From: the human T2T-CHM13v2.0 reference genome, Homo sapiens
Length of the DNA stretch: 64,000 nt
Assembly (NCBI RefSeq): GCF_009914755.1
Contig: NC_060941.1
Reading direction: 5' to 3' (one strand)
Of this stretch, positions 42,310 to 55,574 are shown one piece after another. The notes under the pieces are model-generated. The model worked only from the letters and a program-made list of their open reading frames with translations, ran no database searches and was not told where the DNA came from. The position numbers and the translations under genes are program-made. Numbering within the stretch: position 1 is the stretch's first letter; each line of letters starts with the position of its first letter.

Positions 42310-44120
42310 CAGAGAAATTTTAAAGGACAGGTTTGAATTTTGTTTTGTTAGCGAATATAGAAATCTTTTTTCTGCTAATAGGTGAATTAAGACCATACAA
42401 TCAGTATGTTTAACCTCAGTTCTGTCATATTGTTTTATGTTACATTTATACTTACGTAAATATTTTAAACAAATTGTTTTTCAGTGTGGCTTTTATTTTT
42501 CTCTGTCTCTTATTGGTTTTTTTTTTGGTACTAAGGAAGGGTTGTATTTTTGCTGAAATGATTACCTTTATACTAATATCTGCACATAATGCTTTCAGTT
42601 CCCTCTTTTTTGTCTGTTGGTTTCTTACTACGAACAATATTGAAATTTGCTAGTATCCTCTTCCCTTTCCTTTCTCTCCCACAGCACCTGATTTGAATTA
42701 ATATCCTTTTACTCCTAGTTATTAACTATAAGGCACTCAACAAGCTTATTCTACTTTTCATATGCTCTTCCCATTTTCCCTCAAATATCTCATAATTGTA
42801 CTGTAACAGCTGTACTTTATTCCTTACAACCATTGTTTACTCCTAATCGTACAAGTAAGTATATGCTGTATATGTTGAATACTCACCATCAGACCTTATG
42901 TTTATGTTTCTCTAGTCACTTTGGTTGCCTGACGCTTGTTTTCTAATAGGGTCCTCAGTAGGTGCTCCCAGGAATAATACTCTTGGAGTTCTTGCATGTT
43001 GATAATTGTTTATGGCCCTTATACTTGAACATCAGTTTGGCTGGAGACATATCTTTCTTGGATTGTACTTTACCCCTTTAATAATGTGGCCATACTAGTC
43101 CTTTGTCTTCTGGCATGAAGTATTGATGTAGGTAAGTCTGATGACAATCTGATTTTCCTGATAAGTGACTTAATCTTTTTCTTTCTCTTTTTTCTTTTTG
43201 TCATGCCGTCTTGTCTAAGAGTGACTTGATCTTTTCCAAGATTCTCAATGGCATCCATAGAATATGTCATAGAGTACGATTCTCTGTTGGATGTGCCGGG
43301 TCACTTTTTTTTTAGGTACACAATGTTGTTTCAAGTTTTTATCTATCTCAGGAAAGTGTTTTTAAATTGTAGTGTTCACTCTTTCTTTGATTATCTAGCT
43401 TTGGTTTTCTTTTTCAGCAGCTACTATTACACATATGTTAGATCATTTGCCTGTCATCTACATAGTCACTTTCTCTCAATCCTAGTTATCTGTCTTCCAT
43501 TTTTTTGTTTTAGAAATGTTCATCATTTTATATTCTTTGTGTTAATTTGGTCTTGTGTTCCTTTTAGTTTAGTCGTCATTCTGAAATAGAGTTTTTCTTT
43601 TATTTCTAATTATTTCTTCAGTTCTAGCACACCTTTCCTGAAGTCTTCCAAATTTTGTTATTCTTTCATAACTTTTGTTACTTTCTTAACTTCTGTTGGC
43701 TCATTTTTAAATGAGTTTCTACACTTTGGGGCATGTATTTTGGGGCATGTGTTTCTGGAATGCCTTCATTATCTGTGGGGGCATCATTCATCATTCTCAT
43801 TTTTCTTACAATAATTTTGTATGGGGTTTAACCACAATCATTTTGTGTTGCTCATTTTTTAATGAAATGAGTTTTCTAAACTCTGGAGAAGAGGGTAGGT
43901 CAGAGTCACTTTTCTAACTTTGCGGCTCTATAGTTTCCTCTTCTGTTGTTTTTGTGAAGTGTTAAAAAATAGGATCTTGTATTTTATTTTATACCCCTTT
44001 TCCTTCCTACCTAAACCTTTTCTCCCTTCTTCCCTCTCTCCCTCTCTTGCTCTTTCTTTCTTTCATTTCTTGTTTTTGGTTCTTGTTGTCTCTGTTCTGC
44101 CTATTTTAGATTCTACTCTC
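42310..44120 (-). mobile_element. Very old L1/HAL1-like T-rich fragment
   Basis: T-rich; cttgaacatcagtttggctggag...aagtctgatgacaatctgattt motifs of ancient L1ME/HAL1. Confidence 0.5.
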
Positions 44121-44127
44121 AGCCAGT

Positions 44128-44432
<305 letters not shown>

Positions 44433-45389
44433 TAGTTCTCAGTGTGGGCCCTGCCCTGGAAGGGAGTTTTAATTTATTAGCACTGTTCCAGCCCCTCTGA
44501 CCTTTCTATGAACCCCTTGTAATCACCATGAGTGGGGTGTGTAGCAAGACCCCCCCAGTCTCAGCAATGACTGTCACTTCCAGTTGGAAGCAATTAAGAC
44601 CTGGTGTGCCTCCTCCCTCTTTTTCTTTTACTGCTGTGATGATCTCCAAAGACACAGTGGCATCTAAGGTAGAGGGAGCGTTGATCCTCCATCATCCCTA
44701 TAAGGCACACAGAACAGACTGGAGGCAACTAGATCAGAATCAGAATCCTACTAGATGTTTAAAGGGAATGTGATTCCAGGGAAATCCCATGCCTGGCTTA
44801 CAAAAGCCTTTGATGACTTGAAACTTACAAAGGGATTAAATGACATTAGGACCTTTGGCCTTCTAGGAGACAGGCAGTGGACTGAGAAAGAGGGAAATCT
44901 CACCCCAGATAGGGATAAGAAGAAAAAGGAAACAGGCAGAAAGAGAACAACCCAAAAGGCAGAATGAAGGGCCCTGGAGGACACTGGACAAGGGAGTTTC
45001 TCCCCTGAGAAGCATCAGGGCCTGATGAAAAGTCCATCCCCATCCTCAAGGTAGGGGCTGCCCACAGACTGACCGGTGGGCTCTCAAAGTCACTATGAAT
45101 CTTTACATGTCTGCACAGGCTCTAGGTGGGAAGGATGCCCGTGGTATCCACCAGAGTATACTGGCGGGTGTGGAGAAGGGTAAATAACTTGTCATTGTAG
45201 TTGAGAAGGCCCTGGACAAGAGGACCCTCACAGACATAGACCTGCACATCACCCTGAGCTGGAGGCAGTGCTGGGTGGGACAGATTTCTTCCCCTTAGGG
45301 AAGAGGGGTGTGTTCTCTGTATAGGAAAAATGGAGCAAGAGTTATCTGCTGACTGTAAGGAAATATTACAGCAGAGATAACCAGCACTC

Positions 45390-45765
45390 GCTACATATCC
45401 ATGGTCTCCTTCCTTTCCCAGCCTCCCTGCCTGTTGAGTTGAGGCCACATGACTCATCCTGGCAGATGGCGGACGCAGCGGGGACCTGCACCAACCGCAG
45501 TGGAGACAGTTAAGAGTTGGGGCCTTCTCACATCCTCCTCACTTGTTGGCAGTAACTGTGGAAGTCACGTGTTGAGAGGATGGAACCACAGGATGGATGC
45601 TGCTTGGATGCCAGCGTCACTGTGTGGAGCAGAGCTGCCTTAGACATTACCCAATTTATCTTAAACTGGGACATGATGAGGAAATGAACCTTAGTTTGCT
45701 TAAGCCATCAAGATTGAGGGGTTTTGTTACCACAGCTTGTCTTAATCTGTCCTGACTAACGCAGG
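45390..45765 (+). mobile_element. MaLR LTR (MLT1J/I-like)
   Basis: tttcccagcctccctg...ggccacatgactc...ggaagtcacgtgttga...ttaagccatcaagatt...tgttaccacagc...cctgactaac. Confidence 0.6.
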
Positions 45766-45808
45766 TGTATACTTCTTTTTTACACAAAATTGAGACCCTA
45801 CCAATCAT

Positions 45809-46166
<358 letters not shown>

Positions 46167-46194
46167 TAACATGCTTTAAAAAACTGTTAAAGAA

Positions 46195-46770
46195 TCAGCT
46201 TAATTGAGGCATAATTTATAGACTTTAGAATTCACCGACTAGAAGTGTCAGTTTGATAAATGGAGACAGCTGTGTAACCCCTGCCTAGGACCCTTCCTTC
46301 ACAACCCAGAGACCTCATCTGCACATTTGTGGTTGACTTCCATTCCCACCTCATCCCTCCCACCCCCTCCCTAAACATGGATTTGTTTTCTGTCACTATA
46401 GTTTTACCTTTTCCAGAATGCCATATAAATGGAACATAATGCTTTTGAGATTGAGCCAAAGGTCCATTCCTTTTTATTGTTGAGTCATATTTCATGGTAT
46501 GGATGTGCCATGGTTTGTTTATTGCCCATTCAGCAGTTGAGGGACGCTTGGGTTGTTTCCAGTTTTGGGCTATTGTGGATTAAGACGCTATGAACATTTG
46601 TGTACAAGTTTTGTGTGATCACATGTTTTCATTTCTCTTGGGTAAATAGCTGAGAACAGAATTTCTGGGTTCTGTGATAAATGTAGATTCGACTTTAGAA
46701 AAGGCTGCCAAAATGTTTTCCAGAGTGGCTGTACCATGTTTCATTCTAATCAGCAATCTATCAGAGTACC
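46195..46770 (-). mobile_element. L1M 3' end fragment
   Basis: cagctttaattgaggcataattta...ttccagaatgccatataaatggaa...gggttgtttccagttttgggctatt...ttccagagtggctgtaccat. Confidence 0.75.
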
Positions 46771-46826
46771 ACCTTCTTCTTCAGGAAGCTATGACAACAT
46801 CATTATTTTGCAACTTAAGGAAAGAC

Positions 46827-47145
46827 TTTTTTTTTCCTTTTTTTTCTTTTTTTTTTTTTTTTTTTGAGACGGAGTCTCGCTCTGTTGACCAGTCTGGAGT
46901 GCAGTGGCACAATCTCGGCTCACTGCAACCTCCGCCTCCTGGGTTCAGCCATTCTCCTGCCTCAGCCTCCCCAGTAGCTGGGACTACAGGCACCTGCCAC
47001 CATGCCCAGCTAATTTTTTGTATTTTTAGTGGAGACAGGGTTTCACCGTGTTAGCTGGGATGGTCTCAATCTCCTGACCTTGTGATCTGCCCGCCTCAGC
47101 CTCCCAAAATGCTGGGATTATAGGCGTGAGCCACCGCTCCAGGCC
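46827..47145 (-). mobile_element. AluY/Sc-like element with TSD
   Basis: TSD ggaaagactttt / ggaaagattttt. Confidence 0.9.
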
Positions 47146-47681
47146 GGAAAGATTTTTTTTGGAACATGATTTCAATAGTTTGGATAGTTTAAACCATGCC
47201 GTACTGTTTCACATTTAGGTCACTTCCATTTTGTTCCCTGGTTTGAGGTGTGACTGTGAAGGGCATCTTGTAAAGGAATTTTAGTGCACATCTCGGACTA
47301 TTTCCTGAAGCAAAATTCCTAAAAATGCGGTTACTAGGTTAAAGGGTGAGCTTTTCTTTCACCTTTTGATATACATTGCCCTCTTAAACTGTTGAACCAA
47401 CTTCCATTAGAACCAGAGTGAGGGGCTTGTCACCCCTTTCCTGTCTGATTTGGAAAGGGCCTCGTCACATAGTAAGGATATTCATCTTTCCAGTGCCTTA
47501 TTTTCACAGTTTTTGTTTTGCCCATCCTACTCTGCTTCAGGTGTTTTTTAATCCACAGGCTTTTTAAGTTATTTTGTCCTCAAACGTGTCAGTCTATTCT
47601 TTTGTGGCTTGTCTTTGGTGATATGCTTGGACAGCGCTTCCTCATCTGAAGACCCTGAAAACAGTCACTTAAACTGCTTTA

Positions 47682-47995
<314 letters not shown>

Positions 47996-48614
47996 TAAAC
48001 TGCTTTATTTTTTTTAAGACTTTGAACTTTACATTTGGCACTGTATGTATTTATTTGTAACTGTTAAGTGTATGAGACACACCAAAGAGAACATGGCACA
48101 CATGCAAGTTTAACAGATAATAATAAAAATGCTCACCCCAAGATACCCAGGCAGAAGAGGAAGCCACAGAAGAGATTTAGTGTTTTCTTTGTTACATTTA
48201 GGTAGAGGTTAAAACCAAGTAAAATTGAACTGTATATTGTTTAAGAATACACCTTCAGAACTGTAAAAAGCAAGGGAGTTTTTTTGAGAGGAGAGGGAGA
48301 TGAAGCTGAGTGGGGACACTCGGGGCCTCCACGGGACTGGAATGCTGTTTCTTCAGGCGGGTGGTGGGCCTATTGGAGTCATTCTGGTCTAAACTGTATC
48401 CCGTCATTTTACAAACTCTTTGAATATGTATCTTTCTCTGTGGGTATAGAAAAACCCAAACCAAAGTGCTTTTTCTATCCTATCACTCAACAATCAACAC
48501 AACACGCTGACCAAATGTGGGGGGATTGTTCCCCACCAGCAAGCAAGCACTTCTGCAGCAGACACCAGCTGGGTTCTGACACCATCGATCTGAAGACAAC
48601 ATCGGACCACAGGG

Positions 48615-49465
48615 TGAGGAGGAGACACAGCAGAGACCCCTCTTAAGGGGACACCAGCACTGCCACCCTACCCCACACAAGGAGATAGAGGAAAATCTTG
48701 AGTCCTTTCAGGGGAACTTCCGGGTACCCAGCTAGGCCTGAGAAGTAAATGAGCAGCTTGATAAGCAAGAAGGTAATAGTAACATAAAACAATAGCCAAG
48801 GAAGTTAGAGTCAGATGTTTGGTTCCCTATAGAAACTGAAGATAAGATCTTCACGTATGTCCCTGAGTTGTTTTTCAGCACCACACTCTAACCAACTGAG
48901 CTAACCGGCCACCGACCCTGAGCTTTTCAAAAACCTGGACCCCCACCACATGGAGTCTGCTGGCACATAGACTCCAGAGAACGGGGAGCTGAGCACTGAA
49001 CTGTGACCTCTTGCTGTTCTTTGATCTACATTTCTTCCTGAGGGGCCTGGAAGAAGCCACACCCACAGGCCAGACCTTAACATTCCTTTCTGCTGACCCC
49101 AAGGTTTTAGACAAAGCCTAGATTCCTTAATCAATGGCAAATCAGAGAGTCTTTGAATCTACCTATGACCCAGAAGTGCACCCACTTCAAGACACCCCAC
49201 GTTTTTAGGCCAAACCAATGTGTAGCCCCTGTATATTGATTTATGATTGTACTTGAAACTTCTGCTTTCCTGAAATGTACCCCTGTCTTTGAGAGGCCTT
49301 GTTTGTAAGCCACTGGGGAGGTTGGGTCTCAAGTGTGAGCTGTCCCCATTCTCCTTGCTTGGTGCCCTGCAAATAAATGCCCTCTCTTCTCCTGCTGCAA
49401 AACCTCAGTGTGGATGTTTGGCTTTACTGCACTTGGCAAGCAGACCCCAGTCCAGTGTGGTAGCA
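48615..49465 (+). mobile_element. MER39-like (ERV1) solo LTR
   Basis: TG...CA termini with 4-bp TSD AGGG (48611-48614 / 49466-49469); internal gagaagtaaatgagcagcttgataagcaagaaggtaatagt and gccctgcaaataaa. Confidence 0.75.
48877..48910 (-). pseudogene. tRNA-Ile 5'-half retrocopy (tailless retropseudogene)
   Basis: Minus strand GGCCGGTTAGCTCAGTTGGTTAGAGTGTGGTGCT matches the first 34 nt of human tRNA-Ile(AAT/GAT) with one CpG transition. It stops in the anticodon loop and is flanked by duplicated ccctgag..ttttca. Confidence 0.85.
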
Positions 49466-50094
49466 AGGGCTCAGTCCCCCAGACTGCTCCCCAACTTCCA
49501 ATGTCAATCAAAAGCCCCAGGCTGTTTCACCTGTGCTTCTGGCCAACCAGCTAGAAATTGGGGTTCCCATGGCCACATCCTTGGGTTTAACTTGCTAGAG
49601 TGGCTCACAGAACTTAGGGAGACACTTACATATATTTACGGGTTTATCACAAGAGATATGACAAAGGAGACAGCTGAAGGGATGCATAGGGTAAGTTATG
49701 GGGAAGGGGTGTGGAACTTCCATGCCCTCCCTGAGGAGCACCGCCCTCTAGGAACTTTCATGTGTTCAGCTCCCTGAATCTGTCCCTTTATGTTGTTACG
49801 GAGGCTTCATTATGGAGATACGATTGATTGTAATATGATATGATTGCAATGTCACTAGTGATCAACTTAACCGTCAGTCTCTCTCCTCTTCCCAGGAATG
49901 ATCCTGCCTTGGTCTTTCCTCTGACCAGCCCTATCCTGAAGCTACTTAGGGGCTGCCAGCCCTCAGTGAATCATTCACATGCAAGAAGACATCACTTTGG
50001 AGATTCCAAGGATTTCAGGAGTTGTATGCCAGAAAAAGGGAAGAAGACCAAATGTATATTTAATAATATCACAGTTCCACATAGCATTTAAGCA

Positions 50095-50510
50095 AATTTT
50101 TAATTGTGGTAAGATACACATAATATAAAATCTACCATCTTAACCATTTTTAAGTGCACAGTTCAATGGCATTAAGTGCGTTCACATTGTTCTGCATGCA
50201 GTCATCACCACCATCCATCTCCAGAATTCTTTTCATCTTGCAAAACTGAAACTCTGTCCTCATTAAACAACTTCTCATCTCTCCCCCATCCCTGGGCAAC
50301 CACCATTCTACTCTCTGTCTCTCTGAATTTGACAAGTTGAGGACCTCATATAGGTGGAGTCATGTTTGTCCTTTCATGCCTTAGCGTAATGTCCTCAAGG
50401 TTCACCATGTGGCAGCACGTATCAGAGTGTTCTTCCTTTTTAAGGCTGAATCTTATTCCACCGTGGGTATCAACCACATCTTATTCATTCATCTGTCAAT
50501 GGGCTTTGCA
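50095..50510 (-). mobile_element. L1MB-like 3' end fragment
   Basis: aattgtggtaagatacacataatataaaatctaccatcttaacc...tttcatcttgcaaaactgaaactctgt. Confidence 0.8.
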
Positions 50511-51029
50511 TAGAATTAAAATTTTCCTCCTTGCATCTCCATTTGACTCCTCAATTGTCCAGGAAGGTACATGGGTGTGTGGTGTGAGGTCTGGGCAGGT
50601 GGTCTACTTTGATTTCTCCACTTCTGAGAGCCATGAGAAACTTGCTCCATTTCACAAGCTTTAGTATAAACCCTATTGTATAGGGCATGGTGAGGAGGCT
50701 GAAATAAAGCTATTCTTTTATTCACCAAATATCAATTGAGCCCCTGTTACTTGGTGTGCATGTTTCTAAGGGCCTGGGGCACTCTCCGTGAAGACAGGTG
50801 TAGACCATGCCCTCACTGGTGCTGCGGGTTGGAATATAAAGACCAATTCTAAGGCAGAGGAGGGAGTGATTGCTTCCAGATTTGTGGGAGATGTTCAAGG
50901 AAGGCTTCCTGGGGGAGGCAGCCTTTGATCTGGGCCCTAACACATGGATAGACTGAACAGAAATGAGAAGGGGAGAATTTCACTAAGAGGGAAAAGTTCA
51001 CCTAAAGGCCTAAGAGCCAAATGTGGGTA

Positions 51030-51475
51030 TTGGTTTGTAGTTTTATCAGAGAGTATTCAGCTGCAGGTGACAGAATTCCTCAACTACAGTGGCTTAGTAA
51101 TAAAGACATTGGATTCCTAGAAAGAAAACTGCAGAGGCAGTTAGTTCCATAGCTTGGTGGAGCTCCAGGTTCCTTCCATCCTGTGTGTGTTGGTTTCTGT
51201 TCTTAGGCTTTTTGCCTCATAGCTGCAAGATGGCTGCCTCAGCTCCAGTCATTGCATCATCTCACAGCCTTCAAAGGCTGGAGGCAAGGGGGCCAGCCAA
51301 TGTGTTAAGAGTCTGCTCCTCTCACGTCTATCTCTTTATACCAGGAGGTCCATCTCTCTCAGCCTTCTCTTATGTTTCATCGTTGTTCAGAAGTACATCA
51401 GGAGGCAGCCATAGACCCCCCACTTGCCATGGGGAGTGGGATTCCCTGACTGGTTTGGCCCAGTCAGGATTCATC
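51030..51475 (-). mobile_element. MaLR LTR (MLT1K/L-like)
   Basis: ttcagctgcaggtgacagaa...caactacagtggcttag...gctgcaagatggctgcctcagctccag. Confidence 0.55.
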
Positions 51476-51477
51476 CT

Positions 51478-51685
51478 CCAGAGCTGAGCTGTGCAACAGA
51501 ACTCTCTGTGTTGATGGGAATGTTCCAGATCTGTGCTGTCCAAATGACAGCCACCAGCCACAGGTGGCCATTTAGCACCCAGAATGTGACTCATTTGATG
51601 GAGGAGTGGAATTCTTACTAAAGGTCATTTTCATTTGTTTAAGTGTGAATGTGTGGTGAGAGGCTGCTGCAGAGGACAGCCCAGT
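51478..51685. mobile_element. MER3-like hAT-Charlie DNA transposon
   Basis: gctgtgcaacagaactctctgtgttgatgggaatgttc...tctgtgctgtccaaat...agccaccagccacaggtggcc...ggacagc. Confidence 0.65.
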
Positions 51686-53936
51686 TCTGGAGGTTGTGCC
51701 ATTGGCCCCTGGCTGGATGAGGTCTGGCTTCTGTTAATGGGGAGAAGGGAGATGTCAGTTGAGGAGGTGACAAAGGCATGTGCCCAGGGTACCACCTGCA
51801 AGTAGATAAGGAACCAGTGTGTGTGTGTGTGGAGGGGGAGAAGCATTAGAGGAGGCCTGGGTGACTGCAGCGCCTCTGCTTTCTTCACCAGGAGGGGGAA
51901 TTGGAGAGAACTCACCCCATGCATCCACCAGCATGCGGGCTCTTCACTCCCACCCTGAGGGCTGCGGAAGGCTCGGTGCCCTCTCCAGGGTCTCCTGGGC
52001 CCCTCTGGCTCTGATTTTGTCTCCGCATCCGGGACCCTCTTTAGGTCTTCCCAGCTGAGGAGGAGGAACTGACACGACAGCAAATTCCAAAGTCCGTTCT
52101 TCCTCTCCTGAATCACACTCAGCCTGGCCAGCTCCCCGCTGGCCACAGGGTCAGGGCTGGAGGAGCCTCTTGCAGTCCTGGTGTCTGGGAAATGCTCCCA
52201 TGAGCCTGCAGGGAGGGGCGTGTCAGCCCGTTTCATAGGCCAGGAAGGTGAGCTGGTCCCTCTGGCCGGGAGGTGGCCCCGGCCGGCCTGGCACTCCCAG
52301 CCTCTGGAGTCTGAGCTGGAGGCAGCCACAGGCCCTAGGCCGTAACTCAGGGCCAAGTCAATGGAAACATGGTTTGGGTGTATTTTTAACATTGCTGGCT
52401 GTGAGCTAAGAGGCTGGCTCTGGCATCTGTGTGGTCAGTGAAGATGAATGGCTGGGCTGCTGGGCAGCAGTGTTCAGCATCCCGGTTGAGCAGGCCTCCT
52501 GCCCACCATCCCCCTTGTCACTGATGGTTCCTATGGGAGGGGGAGAGGGGCAGTGGGCAGGAAGCCAGTACCCCTCCTGCCAATGCCCCTCCTGTCTCTC
52601 CCTCCAGCACCTGGGCTGTGGAGAGAGGGTTCAGTTTGAACCCTGGCTCTGCCTCTTACCAGCTGTATAACCTTGGGCCAGTTACTTTACTTCTCTGTGC
52701 TTCAGTTTCCTCACCTACAAAATGGGCATCCTAGCACTGTCTCCTGGGGCCGGTGTAAGCCCAGCATCTGCTCATGGCAAATACTCAAAAACAATGAACA
52801 ACATTGGCACAGCCAGCTCCGGTCCACCAACTTTCTATACCAACCCACAATGAGCTCCACAATTATTGCCTGAGCAGCTACTATCACCTTCACCTTGTGT
52901 TTCGGAAACCAAGGCACAGAGAGGAAAGTAACAAGTGCGAGGCTCACATGTGGGGCTGGCAGGGAGCACAGATCTGAGCCCAGGAGCCCTCTTCCAGCAA
53001 AGCTGGCCTCTGGCACCACGGCTGGGTCATCGGCTTCCGTGTTCCTGAGATGCTGGGTCCCACTGCCTGTGGAGGCCCCAGGCCCCTTGTCGCTTATCTA
53101 CTGATCTCTGCCTCCACTCCTGCTTGTGAGCCTCAGGAGGGTGAGTGAGTGAGTTCGATGTTTGGCTGTTTATTCATTTACTCACCCACTCATCCCACCC
53201 GTGTCCACAGAGCCCCTTGGTGGGCGGACTCTGCTCTGTAGATGCCACCGTGCCCACAGCCCGCCCTCACCGAACTCAGTCTGGTGGAGCCAACAGACAT
53301 CAAAGAAACAAGCAGCCACAATGACAGTCAAGGGGCACTCGTGGAGAGAAATGGGGGGCTTTCAGTCCTGGGCTGAGTGGTTTGGGAAGCCTTGCAGAGG
53401 AGGTGGGTTTTTTCTGGAACTAGGGGACAGACAGTAGGGACAACAAAGAAATTAACTTGGAGGGGCCTTGAGGCTGCATATGAGTTGGACCTGGTCTAGC
53501 AAGGAAAGAGGGAATGGTGCACCAGGCAGAAAGAATAGCATTTGCAGAGGCATGAGTGGCAAATGCCAAGCCTGGTGTGGCTGGGACTGCAGGGTGCACA
53601 GGGGAAGCCAAGCCGGCTCCGACCTCCCCTCTGCTCCCTCCCCTCTGCCACCATCCAGGGCACAGCTGGCTTCCTGGGCAAAGGAGAAGCCTCCCTCCCT
53701 GTGGCTCCATCTCCAGGAGGAGGCTGATGCTGGCTGGCCCTTTTACACTTTCTGGTGGGGGCCAGGCTGCCAGATGGATCAACGAACAGCCAGTGCAAAA
53801 ATGTCAGGAGCAATTAGAAGATACCTGTGGTCTGAGCTTTATCTACAACAATATGTCTTTATTAATGATGCTTTTAATGATGCAACCAAAAGTGCTGGCA
53901 GAAACTGTCACAGCTACCCATCCTCTGGGGTTGCAC

Positions 53937-54545
<609 letters not shown>

Positions 54546-54649
54546 GGGTGTGTACTTTTAATTCACTGCTGCAGCCCCTGATGGAGATGAGGGCTTGAGT
54601 TCTGCCCCTTTGAAAGCTCAATCTCCTCCCTGTGAAATGGGGTTATGGT

Positions 54650-55030
54650 GTGTATCAGTTAGGTATTGTGCCATAACAAACATCTCCTAAACTCAGGGGT
54701 AGAAAACAACAACAATTTTAATTAGCTCATGGTTCTTTGTTGGGCTCAGCTGCTCTCAGCCACTTGGTCAGTGTCTGTGGCCTCAGCTGGGACATGTGGG
54801 CCTGGTGCTTTAGGGGGCCTGTCACTCCCCAGTGGGCTAGCCCTGGCTGGGTCACTGGTGGCAGAGGAGCCCCCAACACAAGAGTGGAAGGGGAAAGGCC
54901 TCTTGACACCTAGTCTCTGAACTGGCACAGCATTGCTTTGCTTTCTACTGGCATGGCAATCACATGACTTGAGGGAGGGGAGACAGAGTCCTTTCTTCTT
55001 GGGAGTTGCTGCAAATAACTTACAGCCGTA
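54650..55030 (-). mobile_element. MaLR LTR (MLT1-like)
   Basis: tgtatcagttaggtattgtgccataacaaacatctcctaaactcagggg...attagctcatggttct...gaactggcacagcattgcttt. Confidence 0.65.
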
Positions 55031-55257
55031 TTTGCAATTTAGATGTAGTGAAAGCAATCTTGAGTTATATCAATAACGTTTTCTGAGCACCGCCCCTTCC
55101 CCTGGCCCCGATTTGCAGGCCTTATGCTGGGTAGTGCTGGGACCACAGGGAGAAATCTGACTTGGTGTCTCCTTCCCAGGAGCTCTGATGGAGGAGGCAG
55201 ACACAGTCAGACAGGAGCGCATACAAGGTGCTAGAAGCCAATGGAAAGTTTGGCTTA

Positions 55258-55574
<317 letters not shown>

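Larger units (their letters stand above)
48439..50073. mobile_element. MER21-like LTR split by a nested LTR
   Basis: tgtggg...ctgaccaaatgtggggggatt...gacaccagctggg...ccacaggg [insert] agggctcagtccccc...tagagtggctcacagaacttagggagacacttac...ggagattccaaggatttcaggagttgtatgccag...aatatcaca. Confidence 0.75.

Noticed and set aside
48877-48910. Functional tRNA-Ile gene, or retroviral primer-binding site
   Set aside because: Only the 5' half is present (no T-arm, B-box or 3' acceptor strand). A PBS is complementary to the tRNA 3' end and lies just outside the LTR, not inside it.
51631-52392. 253-aa minus-strand ORF
   Set aside because: Non-ATG start, no recognisable domain, overlaps repeat remnants; expected by chance in GC-rich DNA.
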